From: Candidatus Saccharimonadota bacterium
Lineage (GTDB): Bacteria > Patescibacteriota > Saccharimonadia > Saccharimonadales > Saccharimonadaceae
Assembly: GCF_025273655.1 (NCBI RefSeq)
Contig: NZ_CP045921.1
Span: 600,001 to 632,000, forward strand
Direction of reading: 5' to 3'
DNA length: 32,000 bases
The notes beneath the pieces are model-generated. The model was not told the origin of the DNA. It made no database searches and was given only the letters and a program-made list of their open reading frames with translations. Shown one piece after another: positions 8,567-16,142 of this stretch. The position numbers and the translations under genes are program-made. Numbering within the stretch: the first letter of the stretch is position 1; every line of letters begins with the position of its first letter.

Positions 8567-11377
8567 TTATTTCTTATCTTTCTCGGTGTTAGTCATCTGC
8601 TCGTAGAGGGCAAAGAGGTCGGCAAGGCGTTCTTCGTCAGAATTGTATGGCTTTTGGCGATACAATCGGTCGACGGCCACATCCAACTCTTCGTGGGCTT
8701 GTCGCAAGTCTTCGGGCATTTTGTCTGGGTCGTACATCTCGGCCAGCGTTTTCTCTGAGTGATTCTCACGAGCAAAGAGAACGCTGCGAGCTTTGGCGGT
8801 TAGTTCCTGTTTTTCGTGCTCGAGCAGTGGACGGAGTGGGAATGTATTGTAGACAACTGAAGCTGAATACCTAAGCCGTGTTTCTAGCTGGCCACCGACC
8901 GCTCGCACCCACGCCATGTGCATTTTTGAGCTAAGAATGCCGAGTAGCCATGGTTCGGCATCGTAGATAGCGAATGCAGCATTTGATACGACCGTTCCTT
9001 TTGGCAAGATACTCATAGGGATGTACTGTCTGCGCTCTGAAGATACGATAGGAGCTATCAAGCATTGCCTATCTTGATAGCGAATTTCGGCAAATCGCCA
9101 TGGCGTCGAGGCTAGCTTCTTGGTGCTAGCTCGCTTGCTATCCATACGCCACTCATATACTGCTTGGATCTTTTTGTTGAGTATCGGTATCTGCTTAGCT
9201 TCTTCGATATCCGCTTCGTTAATCCAGACGGCATACCGCTCAATGCCTCGTAGAAATTCCGCAGCACCGACAAACGGTTTGAGGAACTTCTCGGCATCTG
9301 GTGATGCCTTGAGGATATCCTTGTATTCGTTGAGTGATATTGTAAAGTGACCGTCATCGAGTGCGAAACTGCCATAGTCGAGAGATGGTATCGATGATAG
9401 TGGCTTAGAGCGTGACATCACAATCGTACTGCTGCCAGACGACAAGTATGCGTTGATATTGTCTACTTTTTGCCGAATACCGCCATTGTAGATATATTTA
9501 TCTTTTGAACTCTCCGAACCTATGCCGATAACGACAACCGTAACGCCTGCATTATTTCTGGCACTGTTCTGCCATTTGAATGATTGGTGAGCAAAAATAA
9601 TCTCGTGCTTTGTGTCGAATATGTACGACCATAGCAGCTCCACTTGCACGCCTTGAACGATGGAGTTGGTAGATATAATAGCAGCCCTGCATTTGTTACT
9701 ATCACCGATGTAGTCGGCCGCTTTTTTGAACCACACAGCAATATAATCAAGGTTTCCGTAGCCCTTAATATCACCAAGAACGAGCTGCATATCTTCTTTT
9801 TGAGCAGCGTCGAGCCACCTCGCACCTCCATATGGTGGATTACCGATAAGATAGATCTCGTCGTATTCTTCTTTTACGAGTTCTTGTTGCTCACTCTCGT
9901 TCTCAAACCCTATGAGTTCACTTTGCTGGCTGGCGGCACTTGGTATGCCAACGGCATGCGGCACATTCGAGCAGACATCGTTCCAGTCCAGCCGAGCGGC
10001 ATTGCCGTGGATGATATTCGCATTGTCTTTGAGCGGAATGAGCTTTATCTCTCGGCCGAACTGCTTCTCGAATTCGATGTTCATCTGATGCTTCGCAAGG
10101 TAGAGCGACAAGATGGCGATTTCGTGTGGGAAGTCGTCAATTTCGATGCCGTAGAAATTATCGAGTTTGATTTGCGAAGATAGCTTATTCTTCATACCTT
10201 CTTCGAGTAGGCTACCAAGGAGCAATCGCTCAATGATGGCATGTTCAATCTTACGCATTTCTTTGTAGGCAATAATCAGGAAATTACCACTACCACAGGC
10301 AGGGTCAAAGACCTTAATCTTGCTGATTCGCTCCCATAGACGGATGAGCTTGCTCGGGTTGTCATAGTGTTTGTCGAACTCCTCACGCAATTCATCGAGA
10401 AAGAGCGGCTCGATCGTTTTCATGATGTTTGGCACGCTAGTATAGTGCTGGCCGTGCGTGTGCCGCTGGTTTTCATCCACGATGCTCTGGAACATCGAGC
10501 CGAAGATATCGGGGTTGATTTCTGACCAGTTCAAGTTGCCGCAGTCGAGAATGAGTTTGCGAGCTTGGGCATTGAACTTTGGTATGCCGATGCTGTGCTT
10601 TTTGGTGTCAAAAATTGTACCGTTGACGTACGGAAACTTACTAAACGGACTGGTGAAGCTTGACTTATCTTCGGTATCGAGAGCGTCGAATAGCGTGCGG
10701 AGGAATGTATCGAGATCGCTGCCATCGGTCTGCGTGTAGTCCTTGATAGAGCCAGTAAAAATAGCCTTTTCATCATTACTAAATACCCGAGTATCCTCGG
10801 CAAAGAAGCAGAATAGTAAACGGCTAAAGAATACATTGAGGTCGTGACGGAAGTTAGCTTGTGGGTCAGCCAAGCGCTCGGCATTGAACTTCTCGATTTC
10901 AGAGTAGAGTTCTTGCATTTTGTCGGCCGCACGACGATCGGCAACGGCTTCAGTCTTTTCGTCGGTAATTTCATCACCCGTCCAGCCATAGAAAAAGTCA
11001 ACATCACGATCAATATCTCGCAGATTGATATCGAGGCGAGTATCTTTCTTGGTGTCGATAGCAACGAGCTTGTCGTAATCGGTAACAATGAGGTAGCGAG
11101 GGTTATAGCGAACAACCAGCGGATCTTGCTCTAGTTCTTCAAGAGTAGAGCGAAGCTTGCTTGAATCGGTGATGTGCCTGAAGTACACGACGCCACGCTG
11201 CAATACGTCGTTTTCTTTGTCGCTGGCAAGATTGAGTGAGCCTTGACGTAGCTTGGTGATGGCCGAACTCGCACGGCCATAGGCAGCCAGCAGCTCATAG
11301 AGGATGTCGATATTGTACGATTCACGATTGGCCAGTTCGGTAACGTTTCTCTGGACATCGGCAAAGGCAAGACGCAT
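8567..11377 (-). CDS. MmeI-family (Type IIL/IIG-like, gamma-class) N6-adenine DNA methyltransferase with built-in target-recognition region
   Basis: Motifs seen: LLFCFFAEDT, FPYVNGTIF, HGQHYTSVPNIMKTIEPLFLDEL, motif I FDPACGSGNFLI and motif IV GNPPYGG. The C-terminal segment YSASVVYNTFP...LAEMYDPDKMPEDLRQAHEELD matches my memory of MmeI. I chose the ATG at 11377 (MRLAFADVQ...), giving 936 aa. The 32 extra codons in the track ORF cover leader hairpins. Confidence 0.88.
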   Translation of the reverse strand: MRLAFADVQRNVTELANRESYNIDILYELLAAYGRASSAITKLRQGSLNLASDKENDVLQRGVVYFRHITDSSKLRSTLEELEQDPLVVRYNPRYLIVTDYDKLVAIDTKKDTRLDINLRDIDRDVDFFYGWTGDEITDEKTEAVADRRAADKMQELYSEIEKFNAERLADPQANFRHDLNVFFSRLLFCFFAEDTRVFSNDEKAIFTGSIKDYTQTDGSDLDTFLRTLFDALDTEDKSSFTSPFSKFPYVNGTIFDTKKHSIGIPKFNAQARKLILDCGNLNWSEINPDIFGSMFQSIVDENQRHTHGQHYTSVPNIMKTIEPLFLDELREEFDKHYDNPSKLIRLWERISKIKVFDPACGSGNFLIIAYKEMRKIEHAIIERLLLGSLLEEGMKNKLSSQIKLDNFYGIEIDDFPHEIAILSLYLAKHQMNIEFEKQFGREIKLIPLKDNANIIHGNAARLDWNDVCSNVPHAVGIPSAASQQSELIGFENESEQQELVKEEYDEIYLIGNPPYGGARWLDAAQKEDMQLVLGDIKGYGNLDYIAVWFKKAADYIGDSNKCRAAIISTNSIVQGVQVELLWSYIFDTKHEIIFAHQSFKWQNSARNNAGVTVVVIGIGSESSKDKYIYNGGIRQKVDNINAYLSSGSSTIVMSRSKPLSSIPSLDYGSFALDDGHFTISLNEYKDILKASPDAEKFLKPFVGAAEFLRGIERYAVWINEADIEEAKQIPILNKKIQAVYEWRMDSKRASTKKLASTPWRFAEIRYQDRQCLIAPIVSSERRQYIPMSILPKGTVVSNAAFAIYDAEPWLLGILSSKMHMAWVRAVGGQLETRLRYSASVVYNTFPLRPLLEHEKQELTAKARSVLFARENHSEKTLAEMYDPDKMPEDLRQAHEELDVAVDRLYRQKPYNSDEERLADLFALYEQMTNTEKDKK

Positions 11378-11466
11378 CAGCAGACACCCTCTGCAAACGC
11401 ATGATAATAGCAATAAGAAACTGACCTGTGAAGCGGCATAGTTTTGCGACCTTTCGTTTTCAGCCG

Positions 11467-11498
11467 CAAACAAAAATGCGACTATTTACTTAGTCGCA
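11467..11498 (-). terminator. Intrinsic terminator/attenuator in the leader of the methyltransferase operon
   Basis: On the minus strand, TGCGACTA (11498-11491), loop AGTAAA and TAGTCGCA (11484-11477) are followed by TTTTTGTTTG (11476-11467). This lies about 100 nt upstream of the ATG at 11377. Confidence 0.55.
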
Positions 11499-11548
11499 AA
11501 ACTACAATTTATTTTCCGAAGAAAGATAAAAAGCGTAAATAGCCGCAT
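11486..11548 (-). CDS. Candidate 20-codon leader mini-ORF (MRLFTLFIFLRKINCSFATK)
   Basis: A strong SD AAGGAAGG (11560-11553) lies 4 nt before the ATG at 11548. The TAA stop (11488-11486) sits in the loop of the terminator hairpin. The ORF is too short for the ORF track. Confidence 0.3.
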   Translation of the reverse strand: MRLFTLFIFLRKINCSFATK

Positions 11549-11593
11549 TTAGCCTTCCTTCAGAAAAATAAATCAAATAAATTGTAGTTTTGC
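11496..11593. repeat. Perfect 19-bp inverted repeat with a 60-bp spacer
   Basis: GCAAAACTACAATTTATTT (11496-11514) has its exact reverse complement at 11575-11593. The core TAGTTTTGC / GCAAAACTA also occurs at 11439-11447. Confidence 0.9.
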
Positions 11594-11599
11594 CTCTTT

Positions 11600-11608
11600 A
11601 TTATACCA
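11600..11608 (-). promoter_or_regulatory. Extended -10 promoter element (TGgTATAAT) for the methyltransferase operon leader
   Basis: The minus strand reads gaTGgTATAATaaagag, followed directly by the IR arm GCAAAAC at 11593. The -35 is weak. Confidence 0.45.
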
Positions 11609-11736
11609 TCATCTCCTCTGTATTTGTACGGTGCTGGCGATACTTATCTAAGTTTTTACATATCAACCCCTAGACTCTTGAGGTAAAGTATAATAAAAGA
11701 GCGAGGACGCCCCCTTGGGAATGGATAAGTGATAAA

Positions 11737-13971
11737 ATGTCGATAATCAAGAAAATAACTAAGCTAAAAAATCTAGGTATCTATACCAGTTTTAATTGGG
11801 ACACAAGTCTGCAAGAGCTAAAGCAATACAACGTCATTTACGGATGGAATGGCACAGGAAAGAGTACCTTCTCTAAGCTGCTCGGTGCATTGAATGTGGG
11901 CAACCATCCAGACTTTCCGTCTCTCGAGTATCAAGTACATGATAGTGATGGAAGTGTACACACCCACGGAACAGCTTTCGGCACCCCAATACGAGTCTTT
12001 AATACCGATTTTATTGCAGACAATATAGATTTCGACACTCTAAGCTCGAAGTCTATCACGGTAGTTCTAGGCAAAGAGAATAAGGCGGCACTCAAGGCTA
12101 TCGAAGAGGACGAAGCCGAGCTAGCTAGAACAAAGGAAGCTATCCGCACGAAAACTATCGAGAAAGAGGCCAAAGAGAAAGAGCGAGGCCTAGAATTTAC
12201 CACTGTCGCCAAAGTTATTGGTGCTGTGAGTCGAGGTGGCGTCGTGCGCACCTACAATAAAACTCACGCAGAGCAAGCCTTTGCAAGATTGTCTGACAAA
12301 GAATTGCTCGATGATACTGAGTTAGAAAAGCTAGTGTTGTCGGTTGCACAGCCATCTCTTCCTGAGCAGAAACAGATGTCGTTAGGCGAGACAAGCACTG
12401 ACCTGTCAGAAATTATTGACGAAGCCCATACCCTACTAGCTAAGACGGTATCGGCTAGTGTTATTGAGCGACTCAAAGAAAATGCGGATATTTCTGAATG
12501 GGTAGAAGCAGGCATCAAAGTGCATGCCGACCACGAAAGTAATACATGCGAATTCTGCGGTAACCCATTAGACACAGCAAGGCTAGCAGAGCTAACGGCA
12601 CATTTCAACGAAGCTGATGCAAAGTTAAAACTAGAGGTAGATGATCTTGCGAATAGATTAGTCACCGTATATAACATCATTAAAGATCTCAGCCCCGTCG
12701 ACAAAATGAATCTCTATCAAGAGTTTCATAGCGACTACGCAGAAAAAGTGGAAAGCCTGACAAGCGAACGTGATGCTTTGCTTGAGTCCATAAAGAAATT
12801 TGGTGAGCTCGTGCGATCCAAGAAGCTTCATACGACCGAAGAGCTTAGTATTGCGGAAACGCCCGACCTTACAAAAATCACTAGCTCCTTGGATGAAGTA
12901 AATAAAATTATTGCCAATCACAATAAAAAGACAAGCGACTTCCTCAACCAACAAAAGAATGATAGTGCTAAAATCGAAAACCACCACCTTAGCGGCATCT
13001 ATGACAAGGTCAATGGCCTGAAAGATCAGATTGAAGTACTGGATACCGAGATAGCTGTCCTGAAGGATGGAGATGAGAAAGTTACCGGACAAACTGAGCT
13101 ACTGTCTAGAATTGCAACAAATAAGAGCAAGGTCTCGTCAGAGCATAAGGCCTGCGAACTGCTCAATGTGTCGCTCAAGAAGTTTCTAGGTCACGACGAG
13201 ATAACATTTGCACCAAATACTGAAAGTGGCGATGACGCGGGCTATTTACTATTAAGGCGTGGCAACCCCGCGAAGAGCCTTAGTGAGGGCGAACGAACCG
13301 CAATCGCATTTGTATTTTTCGTAACACAGCTGCGAGACGATAGCTTCGATCCAAAGACCGGGATTATCGTTGTTGATGACCCAGTCTCTAGTCTCGACTC
13401 CAATTCACAGTATCAAGCGTTTTCATTTCTGAAAAAGGCCACCGAAGATGCGAGTCAGCTATTTATACTTACCCATAATTTCGACTTCTTGAAACTAGTA
13501 ACTAACTGGATTAAGCACTCTCGTAAAACGTTTGGTTTATTTATGGTGAAGAATAGCTTCTCTGAAGCGGACAGCACACGCACTGCGTACCTAGATAAAT
13601 TAGATAAAGCACTCGAAGAATTTGAAAGTGAATATCACTACTTATTCAATGTTGCCTACAAATACAAAGATGACGGCACTATAGCGAATGCCTATAAAAT
13701 GCCCAACATAGCTCGTAAGCTACTCGACAGCTTCTTGATGTTCCGAGTCCCAAAGAATACTAATACATTCAACCGCTTACAGGAAATAAGCTATGACGAA
13801 GAGAAAAAAGCATCTATCTATAAGTTCGCCAACGACCAGTCGCATATTACAGGCTCTGGTTTTGACCCCTCTTTGGTACCCGAGGCCAAAAATTGCATAA
13901 CCGACTTGCTTGACATGATGAAGGCAGTTGACCCCGACCACTTTAGATACCTAGAGGAAACCATATCTTAA
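11737..13971 (+). CDS. AAA_13 / RloC-PrrC-like ABC-type ATPase with coiled-coil CxxC insert and anticodon-nuclease-like C-terminal domain
   Basis: Motifs seen: Walker A GWNGTGKST, signature LSEGERTAIAF and Walker B/D-loop GIIVVDDPVSSLDS. About 400 aa of coiled coil separates Walker A from the signature and contains CEFCGNPL. The C-terminus reads NIARKLLDSFLMFRVP ... ANDQSHITG, resembling the PrrC/RloC R..E..H region. Confidence 0.75.
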   Translation: MSIIKKITKLKNLGIYTSFNWDTSLQELKQYNVIYGWNGTGKSTFSKLLGALNVGNHPDFPSLEYQVHDSDGSVHTHGTAFGTPIRVFNTDFIADNIDFDTLSSKSITVVLGKENKAALKAIEEDEAELARTKEAIRTKTIEKEAKEKERGLEFTTVAKVIGAVSRGGVVRTYNKTHAEQAFARLSDKELLDDTELEKLVLSVAQPSLPEQKQMSLGETSTDLSEIIDEAHTLLAKTVSASVIERLKENADISEWVEAGIKVHADHESNTCEFCGNPLDTARLAELTAHFNEADAKLKLEVDDLANRLVTVYNIIKDLSPVDKMNLYQEFHSDYAEKVESLTSERDALLESIKKFGELVRSKKLHTTEELSIAETPDLTKITSSLDEVNKIIANHNKKTSDFLNQQKNDSAKIENHHLSGIYDKVNGLKDQIEVLDTEIAVLKDGDEKVTGQTELLSRIATNKSKVSSEHKACELLNVSLKKFLGHDEITFAPNTESGDDAGYLLLRRGNPAKSLSEGERTAIAFVFFVTQLRDDSFDPKTGIIVVDDPVSSLDSNSQYQAFSFLKKATEDASQLFILTHNFDFLKLVTNWIKHSRKTFGLFMVKNSFSEADSTRTAYLDKLDKALEEFESEYHYLFNVAYKYKDDGTIANAYKMPNIARKLLDSFLMFRVPKNTNTFNRLQEISYDEEKKASIYKFANDQSHITGSGFDPSLVPEAKNCITDLLDMMKAVDPDHFRYLEETIS

Positions 13972-14024
13972 GACTACGATCTTAAACTGGCTTTGTATCT
14001 TTTATTACAAAAAGGCTTTGCGAA

Positions 14025-14507
14025 TTACTGGCAATCTTTTGCATATCCCGCATCAAGTGCTTCTTCTGGCGTAGCGAACCGCAGTTTCTCAGGATAGTCG
14101 GCTGGATATGGCGTGTAACTCTGTTCGTTGCTAAGGTAGCCAACGAGTACCGTACAATTACTACCATCTGATGTGTGGTAGACAGTTTTTCCGTCATCAA
14201 ACAACACTACTCCGTCGATCTTGAGGCTGTGCGCTCTTGTCCAATCAAGGATTGCTGCATCTTTCGGCACTCCACAACGTTCAGCGGCTGACGCTTCGAC
14301 ATTGCCTTGCTCTACAAACTCCGATGTAGCAACATCAGAAATGTCGGCAAGCTGACATGATGCCTTTGGTGTGGTGGTTGAGGCAGTATTCTTGGTTGCT
14401 GTGCTGCTTGGTCGATTCACGATATAGATACTACCTGCGATACCCGTCAGTAGGATAATCGCGACAACTATACCAATAACTCGCGGATTCTTGATGTTTA
14501 CATTCAT
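14025..14507 (-). CDS. Signal-anchored / secreted protein of unknown function (4 Cys)
   Basis: It has an N-terminal TM segment VIGIVVAIILLTGIAGSIYIV, a Thr/Ser-rich linker, then a roughly 110-aa domain. It starts 3 nt after the stop of the upstream gene. Confidence 0.6.
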   Translation of the reverse strand: MNVNIKNPRVIGIVVAIILLTGIAGSIYIVNRPSSTATKNTASTTTPKASCQLADISDVATSEFVEQGNVEASAAERCGVPKDAAILDWTRAHSLKIDGVVLFDDGKTVYHTSDGSNCTVLVGYLSNEQSYTPYPADYPEKLRFATPEEALDAGYAKDCQ

Positions 14508-14510
14508 TCC

Positions 14511-15416
14511 TTATTCTGTCTCTTCCTGTGCTTTTACAAACTGCACTATCGCATCACCGTTCATATTTCCGTATGCTTTTACTCCCTCACCAATCGTTGC
14601 TAGATAAATATTTTTTGTATAGTCGCTATACGCCACGACATAACCCGTAGGCTTTTTGAGTAGCTCGACGATCCTGCTCGCAGCATCTTCTTTCACGACA
14701 GTGGAGTTGTCAGCGCTCCAGATGATACCGCCATATTCAAGCGTCGCACCTACGTCCATTCTGTTATCTATTCCATTACCACACTCGGTCTTCAGGGTCG
14801 CTTTCAGACCTGCCATTGTGGTATACATCTGACTTGGCACGCCATCGTCACCATCGTTGAAATCCGCGCTTGAAAGTGGGGTATCATATAGCCTCATATT
14901 CTTTAGTTCCCAGCCAGGACTGTAAAGAGTGTCTATCCCACCAAGAAGCTGTTTCAGCTCTGTGCTAACCGGCTCCGCATAAACGGGCAGTACGGACATA
15001 TTCACGAGACACGGTGCTTTTTTGCCCGATGTCGTATTTGTGATCTTCACGCTGTAAACAGGCATAGTTGCTTTACTAATTCCTACATACCCCGGCTTGC
15101 CTTCGCTAGAATCAATTGTAGCGTCAACATCGCCCACTTCGTACTCTATGTCATAGCTATAGCCACTGACATCTGTAAATGAGAGCTTATCTATCTTTGG
15201 CTTCTCATCGAAAGTATCGTCACGAGGTGAGTTTGCTTCGCCATCATGGTACGTTGTCTCGCTTTGGTCTGGTGTCGCTTGAGACTGCGAGGACGATGGG
15301 CTACTCCACGAAATTTGCGTCAGAATAATACCGACCACAGTCGCAATAATTAATCCGGTAGCAACTTGCTTTTTATGTTCTTCTATCCAGATACTGAGTA
15401 GTTGTAAATTCATCAT
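14511..15416 (-). CDS. Signal-anchored protein of unknown function
   Basis: SD AAAGGAA lies upstream of ATGATG. It has an N-terminal TM segment VATGLIIATVVGIILTQI, a Ser/Gln-rich linker, then a roughly 230-aa domain with no motif I recognise. Confidence 0.6.
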   Translation of the reverse strand: MMNLQLLSIWIEEHKKQVATGLIIATVVGIILTQISWSSPSSSQSQATPDQSETTYHDGEANSPRDDTFDEKPKIDKLSFTDVSGYSYDIEYEVGDVDATIDSSEGKPGYVGISKATMPVYSVKITNTTSGKKAPCLVNMSVLPVYAEPVSTELKQLLGGIDTLYSPGWELKNMRLYDTPLSSADFNDGDDGVPSQMYTTMAGLKATLKTECGNGIDNRMDVGATLEYGGIIWSADNSTVVKEDAASRIVELLKKPTGYVVAYSDYTKNIYLATIGEGVKAYGNMNGDAIVQFVKAQEETE

Positions 15417-15434
15417 TGTATTCCTTTTTATTAC

Positions 15435-16142
15435 CTATGGATACTGCACCAAGAGCAGGAGTAATAAGCCAATATTTATAAGGAAGATGATGAACGTGAG
15501 TGCAAAACCGCCAATATTAAGCGTCCATTTTCCACCTTGATAACGATACCATGCGTAGATTGCTGTACCAATAACCCATAGCCATGCAAGAAGCATAATT
15601 TGCTGGCTTTCTTTTAACTCCCACGCCAGACGACTACTGGCTGGCTTGAAGATGAATAGCAACATCAGTGCTGTGGAGATACCGTACACCAGCCATGAGG
15701 CGTCTGCTTTCTTGTGTGTGCGTGGTGCAGCGGACTTTTCTTTGTGTGCAGTTTCGACTTTGGTCACGGTGTGTTTTGCTGCTGTTTTCTGCGACGCTGG
15801 ATTATCTACGAGCTTGGCTGCTTTGTGGCACGCCGAGGCGATAAAGATGAGGAGTATACCGAACGCAATCGAGGCAAACATACCGCCCATTTCGCTTGCA
15901 TAGTAGCCACTTCGCCCGTGAACGTAGGTTGAGACAATGAGCCAACCACCACCAAGTACGGCAATACCCATGCCAATCTTGAGACCAGTTGATGGGATAT
16001 TGTATGTCCTCGCAAGTCCCGCAATAAAGATGGCTAGTTTATGCGATAGGCTATCGAATTTGCCTTTAATAGAGTTGCCTAATTTATCGATTGAGCCATC
16101 AATCTTTTCTGCTGTATTTTTCTTCTCGTGTTGTTCGGTCAT
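15435..16142 (-). CDS. Multi-pass membrane protein of unknown function
   Basis: I chose the ATG at 16142 (MTEQHEKKNT...) because GCGGAGGAAGGC lies immediately upstream. The track ORF starts 20 codons earlier. The protein has at least four hydrophobic segments and a Lys/Thr/Ala-rich central loop. Confidence 0.6.
   Translation of the reverse strand: MTEQHEKKNTAEKIDGSIDKLGNSIKGKFDSLSHKLAIFIAGLARTYNIPSTGLKIGMGIAVLGGGWLIVSTYVHGRSGYYASEMGGMFASIAFGILLIFIASACHKAAKLVDNPASQKTAAKHTVTKVETAHKEKSAAPRTHKKADASWLVYGISTALMLLFIFKPASSRLAWELKESQQIMLLAWLWVIGTAIYAWYRYQGGKWTLNIGGFALTFIIFLINIGLLLLLLVQYP

Noticed and set aside
11378-11473. The N-terminal extension of the methyltransferase ORF (track start at 11473, MFAAENERSQ...).
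   Set aside because: The extra 32 codons are Cys/Leu-rich and run through leader helices, including GTCGCAAAACTA. The ATG at 11377 is preceded by AGAGGG, and homology to MmeI-type N-termini begins after it.
12264-13092. Minus-strand ORFs of 146 aa and 144 aa inside the RloC-like gene. Similar antisense or alternate-frame ORFs occur inside the methyltransferase (for example 10531..11115), recG, tyrS and the hydrolase.
   Set aside because: All lie wholly within longer ORFs that carry strong family motifs. They have skewed, low-complexity composition and no RBS.
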